Below are positions 1 through 15,484 of a stretch of DNA of 64,000 nucleotides, in pieces. Source of the DNA: Octopus sinensis (lineage: Eukaryota); NCBI RefSeq assembly GCF_006345805.1, contig NC_043018.1:10354001-10418000 (forward strand). The letters are read 5' to 3'. Below the pieces are notes generated by a model, which ran no database searches, was not told the origin of the DNA, and worked only from the letters and a program-made list of their open reading frames with translations. The position numbers were made by a program, and so were the translations under genes. The first letter of the stretch is position 1. Each line of letters begins with the position of its first letter.

Positions 1-106
1 AACCATGCTCTCTGCTTCACCGACGGAACATTATACTGCATTGAACCCATCATAGGTAAGTAGACTCTTCCAATCTAATAGAGTGGGCTGTTCCATTTTA
101 TATATA

Positions 107-400
107 CAAGGGAGTACTGAAAAGTCCCTGGATTTGGATAAACGAATATATAGGATGATCAGTTGATTATGATTTTATCCAACATATTCCCCTCTCAGAT
201 TCATACACTTATTTATTGTGGTGGTCCTTCAGTTTTTCTAAGTCCTAAAAAGGAACTTGGAAGGTCGCGTCTCCAACTAGACCTTTCATGATACCCTCGA
301 AGCAGGAATTCTTCAGCACCCCCCCCCTCATACATGCAGAACTTTAGAAAACAGTAGCAAATGGAGTGGGGAGGCGACAGGTAGGTCAGATAAATTAAAT
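107..400 (-). mobile_element. Mariner 3'-end relic
   Basis: TA-CAAGGGAGTACTGAAAAGT TIR-like end; minus strand reads KCMNLRGEYVG*, typical of the mariner C-terminus. Confidence 0.6.
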
Positions 401-1007
401 TAAGGTTGATCATTGAGATATGTACATAGGTGCAGGTGTGGCTGCGTGACAAGAAGTTTGCTTCTCAACAACAGGGTTCTAGGTTCAGTCCCACTGTGTG
501 GCACCTTGAGCAAATGTCTTCTACTGTAGCCTTTGGCTGACCAAAGCCTTGTGAGTGGACTTGCTAGATGGAAACTAAAGGAAGCCTGTTGCATATGTAT
601 TCTTTTGTCTCTTTTACTTGTTTCAGTGATTTGACTGTGGCCATGCTGGAGCAAAGCGTTTTAGTCGAACAAATCGACACCAGGGTTTATTTTTTTGTAA
701 GCCTAGTTCTTATTCCGTTGGGCTCTTTTGCCGAACCACTAAGTTACGGGGACGTAAACACACCAACATCAGTTGTTAAGCAATGGTGAGAGAAGAAACA
801 CAGACATGCAAACATATATATATATGACAGGCTTCTTTCAGTTTCCATTTACCAGATCTACTCACAAGGCTTTGGTCAGCCCGAGGCTATAGTAGAAGAC
901 ACTTGCCCAAGGTGCCACGCAGTGGGACTGAACCTGGAGCTATGTGGTTGGATAAGGAAGCTACTTACCACACACCCACACCTGCACCTTATATATATAT
1001 ATATAAA

Positions 1008-1503
1008 CGAGTGTGACCATTGACAGAGTGGCTAACCGGGTTCCATGCCAGTGGCACTTAAAAGGCACCATTTGAGTGTGATCGTTACCAGCATCGCCTT
1101 ACTGGCACTTGAGCCCCGTGCTAGTAGGGTGCTAAGAGCACCATCCGAGCATGATCGTTGCCAGAGCAGCTAACTGGCCTACATGCTGGTGGCACATAAA
1201 AGGCAACATTCGAGCATGATCGTTACCAGTGTCGCCTTACTGGCACCTGTGCTGGTGGCATGTATAAAAAGATTTGAGCGAGGTCATTGCCAGTACCACC
1301 TGACTGGCCTGTGCCAGTGGCACATAAAAGCACACACTACACTCTCGGAGTGGTTGGCATTAGGAAGGGCATCCAGCTGTAGAAACTCTGCCAGATCTAG
1401 ATTGGAGTCTGGTGCAGCCATCTGGTTCGCCAGCCCTCAGTCAAATTGTTCAACCCATGCTAGCATGGAAAGCGGACGTTAAACGATGATGATGATGATG
1501 ATG
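1008..1503 (+). mobile_element. Repeat family B (RTE 3'-UTR-related SINE or truncated LINE, (GAT)n tail)
   Basis: Matches 7260-7755. Other copies: 3895-4215(-), 13975-14232(+), 15685-15820(+), 17225-17670(-), 25643-25785(+), 29605-30000(-), 45280-45490(+), 45780-45890(-), 49560-50010(-), 51990-52200(-). Confidence 0.88.
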
Positions 1504-2035
1504 ATATATATATATACATATATGTATATATATATATATATATGTATTTATGTGTGTGTGCCTTTGTGTGTATCTTTGTATCCCACCATCACTAGACAAC
1601 CGGTGTTGGTGTGTTTACATCCTTATAACTTAGCAGTTAGAGGGGTGTAAGCAAAAGAGACCAATAGAATACATACCAGGCTTTAAAAATAGGTACTGGG
1701 GCCAATTCTTCAAGGCAGTGCTCCAGCATGGTCACACTCTAATGACTGAGACAACTAATAGATAAAAGGTTAAAGATATACATACACACAAAAAAATCGT
1801 CTTCAGATGTGGATTTAATTTTTTCATATGTGTCTACAAAAGTGGAAAAATTGATGCCTGTTGATCTGATGATCCAGCCTTCTGTATCTGCATTGGCTTG
1901 TAAAATATACAATAGTACTATGCAGTTTATAGCTTATATGTAAAATAATGCATTATACATTAAAATAAAGTATTTTTACATGATATCAACTGGTAAAATA
2001 AATATATTCATCTCACACCTCCTGACTTTCTTTAT

Positions 2036-2074
<39 letters not shown>

Positions 2075-2101
2075 GAACACACATGCATCTGTATACATAT
2101 A

Positions 2102-2144
<43 letters not shown>

Positions 2145-2222
2145 GCATACATACATACATATATATATATATGTATATATATATGTATGTATACATATGT
2201 GTATGTATATATATATGTATGT

Positions 2223-2259
<37 letters not shown>

Positions 2260-2572
2260 GTGGAGGCACAATGGCCCAGTGATTAGGGCAGCAGATTCGC
2301 GGTTGTAGGATCGCGGTTTCGATTCCAAGACCGGGCGTTGTGAGTGTTTATTGAGTGAAAACACCTAAAGTTCCACGAGGCTCCGACAGGGGATGGTAGC
2401 GATCCCTGCTGTACTCTTTTGCCACAACTTTCTCTCACTCTTTCTTCTGTTGGCCTGCTCACTTAGCCAGCAGGGTGGCGTCATTTGAAGGCTAAAACAA
2501 TGCGAGCGCATTGTGACCAGCGATGTGTAGCAACATCTGATAGCCTGGTCGGTTATAGTGATCACTATGGTG

Positions 2573-2604
<32 letters not shown>

Positions 2605-2658
2605 TATATATATGTATGTATATATATATGTATATATATATGTATGTATATATATATG

Positions 2659-2697
<39 letters not shown>

Positions 2698-5277
2698 ATA
2701 CATACACATACACACATATTACATAACTGGCTTCTGCACAGTTTCTGTCTTCCAAATTCACTCAGAAGGCATTAATTGGCCCACAGCTATAGTAGAAGAC
2801 ACTTGCCTAAGGCGCTCTGCAGTGAGATTGACCCCTACACACACACACACACATGGTAACCAAGAAAGCTTCATAACCTTACAGCCATGCCTACCCCTAG
2901 TGAAAGACAGTTATGCATTATCAATATCTAAGGTTGTTGCATTGTTTCCTTCCAGATGTTTGTGCTGTACCAGATGTGGAAACTGCCTGTCTACCCAGCT
3001 GCGATTCAGGGTGGATACCCCTATTTAACACGACATGTAAGGCTGGTGTGTGTTGTGTTAAGGTGCCATCATGTAAGTGGTTTGTTTTATTTCTCCCTTG
3101 GTCTGTACTACTGCAATACTGTAACAGTAGAGTGGAGTGGTGAAGTGTGTGTGTATGTACGTGTGTGTGTGTGTGTGTGTGTGAGTGTGTGTGTGAGTGT
3201 GTGAGTGTGTGTGTGTGTGTGTGAGTGTGTGTGTGTGTGTGTATGGTCAGGTTGCTCTTGAGCACCACAGGTAACATGTAACCCAGTACAACCTGTTGCA
3301 TGGTGGGGTCATCGATGGCTAAACTGGCAGCCCCATCAATCTTGGTTGGTGAAGAGGGTCATGGTTGGACATCCTGCACTCCAGAAAATAAAACCTGTAA
3401 AATGGCCGGAAGAGTTCATGAGCAATTAACGGCCATCCAACAATATGCGTACATGTGTATGTTTGCATGTATGTATATATGTGCGGGTATGTGGAAATAC
3501 CTGGGTTGGTATCCGGGTATGCGGGTGGCCCACTGGGAGTGGGAGGCCCCTCTCTTGTTGTCACAACATCTCTCTCCAGGAGAGGGGAAACTCTGAGAGA
3601 AAACCTGCGACACTGACAATATTCGATGATGTAGACTAGTTGTTCTTTTCGAGTTTATGTTGTCCATGTTTAGAGAGTGGAAAAGGATTGGTGCAAGTCC
3701 TTTCCCCACTTCAAAAATCCTCATGCACAGGCATCACTTGAAAAATTGTTAAGACCTATCACAAAAATGGTTGGTCGTAGCCTTTGCATGTTTGAGACTT
3801 TCGATCAGGCGATAGCAATATTCAAACAATGAGTTTGCAGCCATTATGTATGTATGCTTTTGTAACATACACACATATATATACATATACATCATCATCA
3901 TCAGCGTTTAACGTCCGCTTTCCATGCTAGCATGGGTTGACGGTTCAACTGGGGTCTGGGAAGCCAGAAGGCTGCACCAGGCTCCAGTCTCATCTTGCAT
4001 TGTTTCTACAGCTGGATGCCCTTCCTAACGCCAACCACTCTGAGAGTGTAGTGGGTGCTTTTTATGTGCCACCAGCACAGGTGCCAGACGAGGCTGGCAA
4101 ACGGCCACAATCGGATGGTGCTTTTTACATTCCACCGGCAGGGAGGCCAGTCAGGGCGGCGCTGGCTATGGCCACATTCGGATGGTTCTCTTACATGCCA
4201 CCGGCACTGGTATCGCAGCTAATAGGGAGATACTATTAACAATCCAATAATTTATTTATATTATAATATTACATGATATACTATGAATTTAACATAACAA
4301 TATTATATAACATAATTATTTTAAAAAACCTATATTGGCCAACAAATTGTTTCAACTTATATATCTATGGTATTCAACTGACGAACCAGTGAATTGGATG
4401 TTTAACACATTTCTTTGAAGGATCTCTTTTCCTCAGTTTGTTACTATATATACATATATGTATGTAAAAAACATTTTTTTTTCTTTTTGCAGAAATAGAA
4501 AATACAATAAAGTTGTGAGGAAGTCAATGAAGATTCTAAACTCCAGAAAGTAAAACTCTGATTTTAAGTTGTAAACTCCTGAGAGTAAGGATTTCAACCA
4601 GGATTTTGTAAAACAACAAAAATAAATATTTCTAAAAATGTACATGAAAATAAAAGTTCATCAAGATTTCTTTTGTTTTAGAAAATTGCTATTTTTAAAT
4701 CTCACAGCGAGAGATATTCAGCAACAGTACTTTGGAGTAAAGATTATTTGCAAACATAACATGGCAGTCCTGGTTCAGGATGAATGTTGCCCCAGGAGAC
4801 ATCATCTCCAGCTGGCTATATGACACAATCTGTGTCCTTATATTTTCAAACAAGGGAATCTCAAAACAATTTCTGTGTATTGCAATTTCCAGGTTATAGC
4901 CAGCTGGGGCTAAATTACAGCAACATTTGTCCTAAACCAAAACTACCATATTATGTTGGCAAACAATCTTAATTCTTTATTCTTTATTCTTTTGTTTTAT
5001 TCAAAACTTGCTTTATTGATTTATTTATTTCATTGAATTATTTAGCAAAGTATATTGGAAAAATACATTGATGGTTTGTGGGGTACAAACATAGGTCGAT
5101 GTTTGAGATTACAGATGTCACCCAGGTTAATACCCCTTTAGCAGAGTCTTTAGCAGAGTACCCATGGTTGTAAATACTAAGATGAAGTCATTGATCTGAG
5201 AATAAATCCCTACTTTCTATGTGTCTTGGGGGCCATGGACAAGGGCCATGGTGTTGCACTTCTTCGGAATAAACAAT

Positions 5278-5317
<40 letters not shown>

Positions 5318-5707
5318 GGGAGTATGGCTCCAAACTTACAGGGAAAAATTAGATTTAGTATTAAATCAAATTTCACAGTATAAATATATAAAATATGAAT
5401 TAGAGATAAAACCACTATTAGGCAACTCAAACAGTGATAGACATAAACCAATACATAAATAACAAATATTATAAATAACAAATAACATAAATATAATTAA
5501 TTATATAAATATAATTATTTTTATTTTTCAAAAAGTATAAAAAGAATAATAATTAAAATATAATAAGTAAGAACACTATGTACGTTTCATAGCTATAATT
5601 AAATTCGAATTACAATTAAGTTTAAATTCAATTGAAATAAATTTGAACTAATATTATAGTCAATCTTCAGGTTAACGATAATAGTTAAATAAATAAGCAA
5701 ATAGAGT

Positions 5708-5738
<31 letters not shown>

Positions 5739-5740
5739 TT

Positions 5741-5771
<31 letters not shown>

Positions 5772-5843
5772 CATATATATATACATATATAGGTGAATTG
5801 AAGAAATGGAGCTGAACGCAGATTGAACAGAAATCATTTATCA

Positions 5844-5923
5844 TTCTACACGTGTTTCGAAAGGCACAAATTACCAAAATCCGATTGAATAATGGGACCA
5901 TATTGTGTCTTTCTCTTCAGGAA
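5844..5923 (-). ncRNA. Type I hammerhead ribozyme (mirror copy in the left arm of the inverted repeat)
   Basis: Reverse complement is essentially identical to 6214-6293, with all core nucleotides intact. Confidence 0.8.
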
Positions 5924-6213
5924 GAAAAAAGGAAATCGTTGGAATAACAAAAACAGAACAGAGGCGGAGCAAAAAACAAATCGAACTGTGCTCCTAAGAG
6001 CCCATGGCGAAACTGTTTATCATTGTATGTTGAGAACCGGTGCTGAAGAATTCAACGGGTCAGGCATCGGTCAATCATGTGGGTGAGGGTGTATAGATGT
6101 TCTCAACATACAATGATAAACAGTTTCGCCATGGGCTCTTAGGAGCACAGTTCGATTTGTTTTTTGCTCCGCCTCTGTTCTGTTTTTGTTTTTCCAACGG
6201 ATTTCCTTTTTTC

Positions 6214-6293
6214 TTCCTGAAGAGAAAGACACAATATGGTCCCATTATTCAATTGGATTTTGGTAATTTGTGCCTTTCGAAACACGTGTAGAA
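6214..6293 (+). ncRNA. Type I hammerhead ribozyme (Penelope pLTR/retrozyme type)
   Basis: ttc-CTGAAGA-gaaag...ctttc-GAAA-c-acgt-g-TA-gaa. The catalytic core is intact: stem I ttc/gaa, stem II gaaag/ctttc extended by cacaa/ttgtg, palindromic stem III ACACGTGT and a GUA cleavage triplet. Confidence 0.8.
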
Positions 6294-6516
6294 TGAAATA
6301 AAACGATTTCTGTTCAATCTGCGTTCAGCTCCATTTCTTCAATTCACCAATAATGTTTTAATTTCAATTATCCGCACAACGCACGGTTGCAACGCCAGAT
6401 GGTTGTACCTCCAACCGTGCTGTTTACTGCTGTGATTTTTGCTACTAAGGTATCGGTTAAACTTTTGATTAATCTACTACAAGATTATTCATCTTTCTAT
6501 TTCACATAATATATAC

Positions 6517-6554
<38 letters not shown>

Positions 6555-6572
6555 GTATATTATAATATATAT

Positions 6573-6610
<38 letters not shown>

Positions 6611-6672
6611 ATATATATATATATATATAATATATATAATATAACTATATATATTATACACACACACACACA

Positions 6673-7755
6673 TTCCAGGAGAAAAAACTAGAAGTTGTTG
6701 ATAGCTTCCACTACCTAGGTGACCAAGTCAGTAGTGGGGGAGGGTGCGCTGAAAGTGTAACTGCTAGGATAAGAATAGCTTGGGCAAAGTTCAGAGAGCT
6801 CTTGCCTCTGTTGGAGACAAAGGTCTCTCACTCAGAGTAAAAGGTGGACTGTATGATGCATGTGTATGATGCAGTGAAACATGGGCCGTAACTGCTGAGG
6901 ATATGCATAAGCTCTCAAGGAATTAAGCCAGTATGCTCTGTTGGATGTGTAAAGTCAGTGTGCATACTCAACAGAGTGTAAGTACCTTGAAAGAAAAGTT
7001 GGACCTAAGAAGCATCAAATGCAGTGTGCAAGAGAGACGACTGTGCTTGTATGGTCATGTGGCAAGAATTGATGAGGATAGCTGTGTGAAAAAGTGCCAC
7101 AACCTAGTGGTTGAGGGAACCTGTGGAAAAGGTAGACCCAGAAAGACCTGGGATGAGGTGGTGAAACACAACCTTTGAACATTAGGCCTCACCGAAGCAA
7201 TAACTAGTGACCAAGACCTTTGGAAACATGCAGTGAATGAGAAGACCCGGCAAGCCAAGTGAGACCGTAACCTGTGGCCTATGTGAAGACCTGTTGAGGC
7301 AAGTGAAATCGAATCAAATTCGATGACTGGCACCCGTGCCAGTGGAGCGCTAAGAGCACAATCCGAGGATGATCGTTGCCAGAGTAGCCGAGTGGTTTCC
7401 ATGCCAGTGGCATATAAAAATGTCGGTGGAGCATAAAAATGTTGGTGGCACGTGAAAAAACATTCAAGCAAGGTCGTTGCCAGTGCCACTGGACTGTCTC
7501 CTGTGCAGGTGGCACATAAAACACACCATTTAAGCATGGGCGTTGCCAGTACTGCCTGACTGGCCCTCGTGCTAGTGGCACGTAAAAGCACCCACTACAC
7601 TCTCGGAATGGTTGGCATTAGGAAGGGCATCCAGCTGTAGAAACTCTGCCAGATCAGATTGGAGCTTGGTGCAGCCATCTGGTTTGTTAGTCCTCAGTCA
7701 AGTCGTCCAACCCTAGCTAGCATAGAAAGCAGACGTTAAATGATGATGATGATGA
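6673..7755 (+). mobile_element. 5'-truncated RTE-clade LINE (RT C-terminus plus 3' UTR with (GAT)n tail)
   Basis: EVVDSFHYLGD..ARIRIAWAKFRELLPLL..RRLCLYGHVARIDE..GKGRPRKTWDEVV, with stops and frameshifts; ends gacgttaaatgatgatgat. Confidence 0.9.
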
Positions 7756-7794
7756 TAATATATATATGTGTATATATACTATAAAATAATATAC

Positions 7795-7827
<33 letters not shown>

Positions 7828-7881
7828 ATTATATATACATACATATATATATATACATAAATATATACATTATTATATATA

Positions 7882-7979
<98 letters not shown>

Positions 7980-8319
7980 ATAAACAAATTTTGGTAAAGA
8001 AAAAATTCCAGAGGACCAGTGGTGTATAATTGAACATCTTAGATTAATACAGGTGTGTCAAATGCCATACAACATAAATTCTTAATTCATTAAAATTATT
8101 TGTGTCTCTAAATGATGCATCATAATTACCAACGGTTTATCAAGACCAGCTTCATGTGAATAACGGAGAGAATCTCAAGAACCAATTTGACATGTCCTCA
8201 AGGGAAAGGACAGTCTTATCGTGCGGAAATAAGAGGAGAGTCATGGACGCAGGTTTCTGACTCTATAGCACCACATCAGTGCAATAAATGCCCTAATTTA
8301 TCACCAGCTGCAAGGGACA

Positions 8320-10500
<2,181 letters not shown>

Positions 10501-11183
10501 TGTAAAATAGCATCTGTATATAAAATGTTGTAATTTCCATAAACACATTCTTTGGCCAATGAGAAACCTCGGACTGTTTGACGTCACAAGATCTGATCTC
10601 ACATTAGAAATAATTCTTTGTTTTGCAATCATTTATTGCTTTGTTTGCTTGTTTGCTTTTTGTTTTTACTTGTTATTTCAATTTATTTTGTACATTTGTT
10701 TGTTTACTACTTTTTTTTCTTCCTTCATTCCTATTCATGGTGTCTTTTCAAGACAGTTGCTAAGAGACTCCCAACTGTGTTGAAGAAGTATTCCTGCAAA
10801 AGGCCATCCTTTTTAATTTGGATCTGGATTTCAATATGACAAGCATTCAAGTCTTTTGTATTGTCTTTACAGAACATGACAGGTTTACAAATTTGAATAT
10901 CATCATCACCATCATCATCATCATCATCATCATCACCATCATCATCATTCTTAAGGTGGTGAGCTGGCAGAATCATTAGAATGTTGGGCAAAATGCTTAG
11001 TGGCCTTTCATCCATCTTTATGTTCTGAGTTCAAATTCCACCGATGTCGTCTCTGCCTTTCATCTTTTGGGGATTGATAAAATAAGTACCAGTTGAGCAC
11101 TGGGGTTGATGAAACTGAGTTCACACTCTTTCCCCAATCTTGTGGCCTTGTGCCAAAATTTGAAATCATTATTATTGTTGTTG

Positions 11184-11238
<55 letters not shown>

Positions 11239-11789
11239 TATTGAGTGAGAGAGCAGTGCATGCCATCAAAGTGACACTGGGGTAAAATATACGAAGCCCA
11301 ATATACCCATCATGACTGCCTGTCTGATAAGGGTACACCAGGCACATGCATCACAACCATAGGTGCATGACATGGTGATCTCATATCAAGATAAACAGCA
11401 CATGACCTTGCAGGTGAGGCCAAGTTAGAATTTTCTTCTGGTCGAGTAACCCATCATGCTCAAAAGGTCCCTGAATAAGGGTTGTTTAAGGATATTGAAT
11501 GAAACACCCATTTTTCCAGAGGTGAATTATTCAAACCCCAAAGAATCCCTCTTAAGACATGGCTATGATGCTCTCCCACTACTTCTGCTCATGATCAGAG
11601 ATGCACATATCATCAGCCATTAAGGGACATGCTCAACTGGTTAAGGTCAAACAACTGACAAGCAAATCTGTGGTATTGAGCAGAATATTTGCTGTAGCCC
11701 ATCTTTTATACCAAGACATAACAATGTACACGATAACACTTTCAATGTACATGATAACACTTTCATTATTATTATTATTATTATTATTA

Positions 11790-11840
<51 letters not shown>

Positions 11841-12319
11841 GGTAGTGAGCTGGCAGAATCATTAGCACGCTGGATGAAATGCTTAGTGGTATTTTGTTCT
11901 GAGTTCAGATTCCCCCGAGGTCGACTTTGCCTTTCATCCTTTCGGGGTCAATAAAATTAGTACCAGTTATGCACTGGAGTGAATGAAATCAACTTTATCC
12001 CTTCCCCCAAATTTGAGTCCTTATACTTCCAGTAGAAAGGATTATTACTATCATTTTTATTATTATTATACTATGTTTGACTTTTGCTTTACATTTGCAC
12101 AAGCTGGCTCCAAGTCTCACCCAGAGACCTCAAGAGACAACAAGTTGGAATTTCATGTTGGTGTTATGCCTAGGGTGCCATATATTTGGTTTTGTACTTA
12201 ATGTTGTACTAGTGAATGCCTAAAAAAAATGTACGAAAATTATGTTTGTTTTAAAACTTGAGATTACATAGAAAGTATTTTGCATAGGATATGAGCAGTT
12301 CCCATGAGCACTATCTTTT

Positions 12320-12450
12320 GAATTTCTGCCATTTTGGGGTTTCCTGGTATCTGAGTTAGGTAGCAATCAGCCCCTTTTGCTATCATTCCCAGGGCACCTA
12401 TGACAACAGGTATTGTTTTTGTCTTCAGGTTCCACATTTTGCTGATTATT
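12320..12450 (-). mobile_element. R4/Dong-like endonuclease C-terminal fragment
   Basis: ISKMWNLKTKTIPVVIGALGMI..IPGNP. Confidence 0.7.
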
Positions 12451-12861
12451 ATTATTATTATTTATTTTTTGTTTTTTTTATCATTGCTAAGGTAGCGAGC
12501 TAGCAGAGTCGTTAGCACGCTCGATAAAATGGTTAGCTTGTCGCTACTTTCTGAGTTCAAATTCCACCAAGGTCCACTTAGCCTTTCATCCTTTCAGGGT
12601 TGATAAATTAAGTACCAGTTGAACACTGGGGTCAATGTAAATGACTCATCACCCTCCTGCCAAATTGCTGCCCTTGTGACAAAATTTGAAATCATTATTA
12701 TTATTATTATTATTCAGGGTAGCAGACGGGCAAAATCATTTTAGCATGGGATAAAATTTCTTGCAGTATTTCTTCCAACTCATTTCGTTCTAAGTTCAAA
12801 TTCTACTAAGATCAGCTTTGCCTTTCACCCCTTTGGTGGGATCGATATGATATTTCTCTCT

Positions 12862-13260
12862 ATCCGCTCAGTCAAAGTCGACTCTTGGTCACTCGTTGGA
12901 TCAGTGTCCTCCAGTCAGTTCTGTCCTGGGCTGCTTCCTTCAGATTGGCCATGTCCATTCCGGTATCACTCCTGATGGTGTCAAGCCAGCGGGTTCTTGG
13001 TCAGTTACATCCTCTCTTGCCACTGACCATTCCGAGCATGATGTCCTTCTCCAGGGATTTTCTCCACATAATATGACTGAAATATGCCAATCTACACTTG
13101 GTGATCCCAGCTTCTAGTGACATTTTCGGCCTGATCTGCTTAAGAACTTCTCTATTGGTGAGCCTCGCTGTTCATGGAATCCGCAAAAGTCTTCTCCAAC
13201 ATCAAAGCTCGAATGCATTAATTCTCTTCTGGTCAGCTTTCTTTAGTGTCCAGGTCTCGC
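12862..13260 (-). mobile_element. RTE/BovB-like LINE 3' fragment
   Basis: ETWTLKKADQKRINAFEL*CWRRLLRIP*TARLTNREVL..RLAYFSHIM..SLEKDIMLG..PRTRWLDTI..AAQDRTDWR..VTKSR. Confidence 0.85.
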
Positions 13261-13624
13261 ATATGATATTTACCAGTTATTAAATAGTAGAGTTGAATAA
13301 TCAACTCACCCCTCCCATCAAATTTTATAGCCTTGTGCCAAAAGTGAGGAAGAATGCTCCGGCATGGTTTCAGTTCAAAAGACAAACAAGTAAAAGATGA
13401 AATATAAAAGATTATTATTATTATTATTATTATTATTTTGATTTTATCTTCTTCCTTTAATGTGGTTTCCATTTCTTGCTGAGTGTCTTCCCAACACCTA
13501 GGGCAAAGAAACTTACTATATACATTGATAGATCACTAAGATAGACACACCAGATTGTTCATTTACAAAATCAAATAAAGCCATGGAGAAAAGGAAAATG
13601 ATGTACATGGAAGGTTATTGTTCT

Positions 13625-14600
13625 CACAGAGACAATGCTCTTCTCAATATGTGTGACGCACTGCTTAAGACAATTTTTTACACTTCTTGCACGGATGGTA
13701 AGCCAGGAATCATTCTCAAATAATTTCGATTTTTTTTTTTTCACCATGAGATGTCACATTTTCTTTACTTCAATAAGCAAGTCTTTATATTTTCTTAGCT
13801 GGTCAAATTCTTTTAACACAATATCACAATCACCAGGGATGCTCCTATCAATCAATTAAACAGACATTGTTGTTTCTGTTATTTACAACAATATCCAGTT
13901 TATCAGCTTCAATGGTTCCTGTCTCTATGTACAAATAAGTCTCAAAGAACTGCTGCATTTTTTCCTTCAGTTTCTGTCACTTCACTGGCACTTGTGCTGG
14001 TGGCACGTGTAAAAAGATTTAAGCGAGGTCATTGCCAATACCGTCTGACTGGTCCCCGTGCCAGTGGCACGTAAAAAGCACCCACTACACTCTCGGAGCG
14101 GTTGGCGTTAGGAAGGGCATCCACAAGACTGGAGCCTGGTGCAGCCATCTGGTTTGCCAGCCCTCAGTCAAAATCGTCCAACCCATGCTAGCATGGAAAG
14201 CGGACATTAAACGATGATGATGATGATGATGAGTTACGGCCTCAGAGTGTTGCTTATACTATTTGTCTACAGTTTCAATTTTACACTGCCAACATATTAA
14301 CCAGTGCAGATGTTGGCCAACTCTGTCATGTCTTGATTTACACTCTACTGGTGCTAAAACCTTACATCCAAAGATTAAGTGGTTCATGGTTTCAATCTTG
14401 ATAGAATTGGCATCTGCTCCATTATTCATCAAACTGGCTGAGTAGTTAGGAGCCAATAAAGCTTTGATCTTCAGCAGCTGAGATGAAACCTTCACTTTAT
14501 GCTTGTAGCTCTGAGCTTCATAGCCATTGATAGCAGGGCTTCTGATCAACATCCAGTTGTTTGTTAGGGACCACATATTTGCCATGCAGACGTTCCTACT
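13625..14600 (-). mobile_element. R4/Dong-like non-LTR retrotransposon 3' end (zinc knuckle plus restriction-like endonuclease), split by a SINE
   Basis: ETMNHLIFGCKVLAPVECKSRHDRVGQHLHWLIC, then KLDIVV..CLID..PGD..KEFDQLRKYKDLLIEVKKM..HILRRALSL*. Confidence 0.8.
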
Positions 14601-14705
14601 CCCACCTACCAGCCAAGTATCATTTGCCTTTTTCTTTGCCATTAATTTTACCTTTTTGACATCAACAGTTGCCATTATTATTATTATTATTATTACTATT
14701 ATCAC

Positions 14706-14775
<70 letters not shown>

Positions 14776-14778
14776 GTT

Positions 14779-14836
<58 letters not shown>

Positions 14837-15484
14837 ATCTTGTGGAAGCTGGGCAGAATTATTACAACACAAATTAAAATACTTTGTTGCATTCCTTCCA
14901 TCTTTTTACATTCTTAATTCAAAGTCAGCCAAGTCCATCTTTGCCTTTCATCTCTCGGAAATTGATAAAGTGAAGTTCCAGCTAACCGAGTGCTGGATTC
15001 ACTGCTATTGACCAAGCCCCTCCCCTCAAAATTTAATGCCTTCTGTGTGAAGCATAAACAGCTGGAAGAATCTTTTTAGCATCAAGAAAGATGCTTTGCA
15101 GGTATTTATTTTGCTTCCTTACATTCAGGGTTCAAATCCTGCCATGGTCAACCTTGATTTTCATTACTCCAGGGTCAATGGAATAAAGTACCAATCATGT
15201 ACTGAGATCAATGTTGTCAACCAGCATCCCCTTTCCAAAATTGCTGGCCTTGTGCCAAAATCAGAAACCAAGGTTGTGAGTTAGCTGAGTCATTAGAACA
15301 CTGGAAAAAAAGCTTTGCAGTATTGTTTCCAGCTCTTAACATTCTGAGTTCAATTTTTGCTGAGGTCAGCTTTGCATTTCAGCCATCCAGGGTGGATAAA
15401 ATAAAGTATCAGTCAAATACTATGATCAATGGTATTGACTACCACCCTTTCTCAATATTGGCAGCTGGTGCCTAAATTAGAAAC

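Larger units (their letters stand above)
5792..6348. repeat. Long inverted repeat (arms 5792-6037 and 6099-6348, 61-nt spacer)
   Basis: Arms are near-perfect reverse complements, and each carries a hammerhead. Confidence 0.95.

Noticed and set aside
10553-10587. Adjacent CCAAT and CRE (TGACGTCA) motifs as a promoter
   Set aside because: No associated exon or TSS evidence; short motifs like these are expected by chance in 64 kb.
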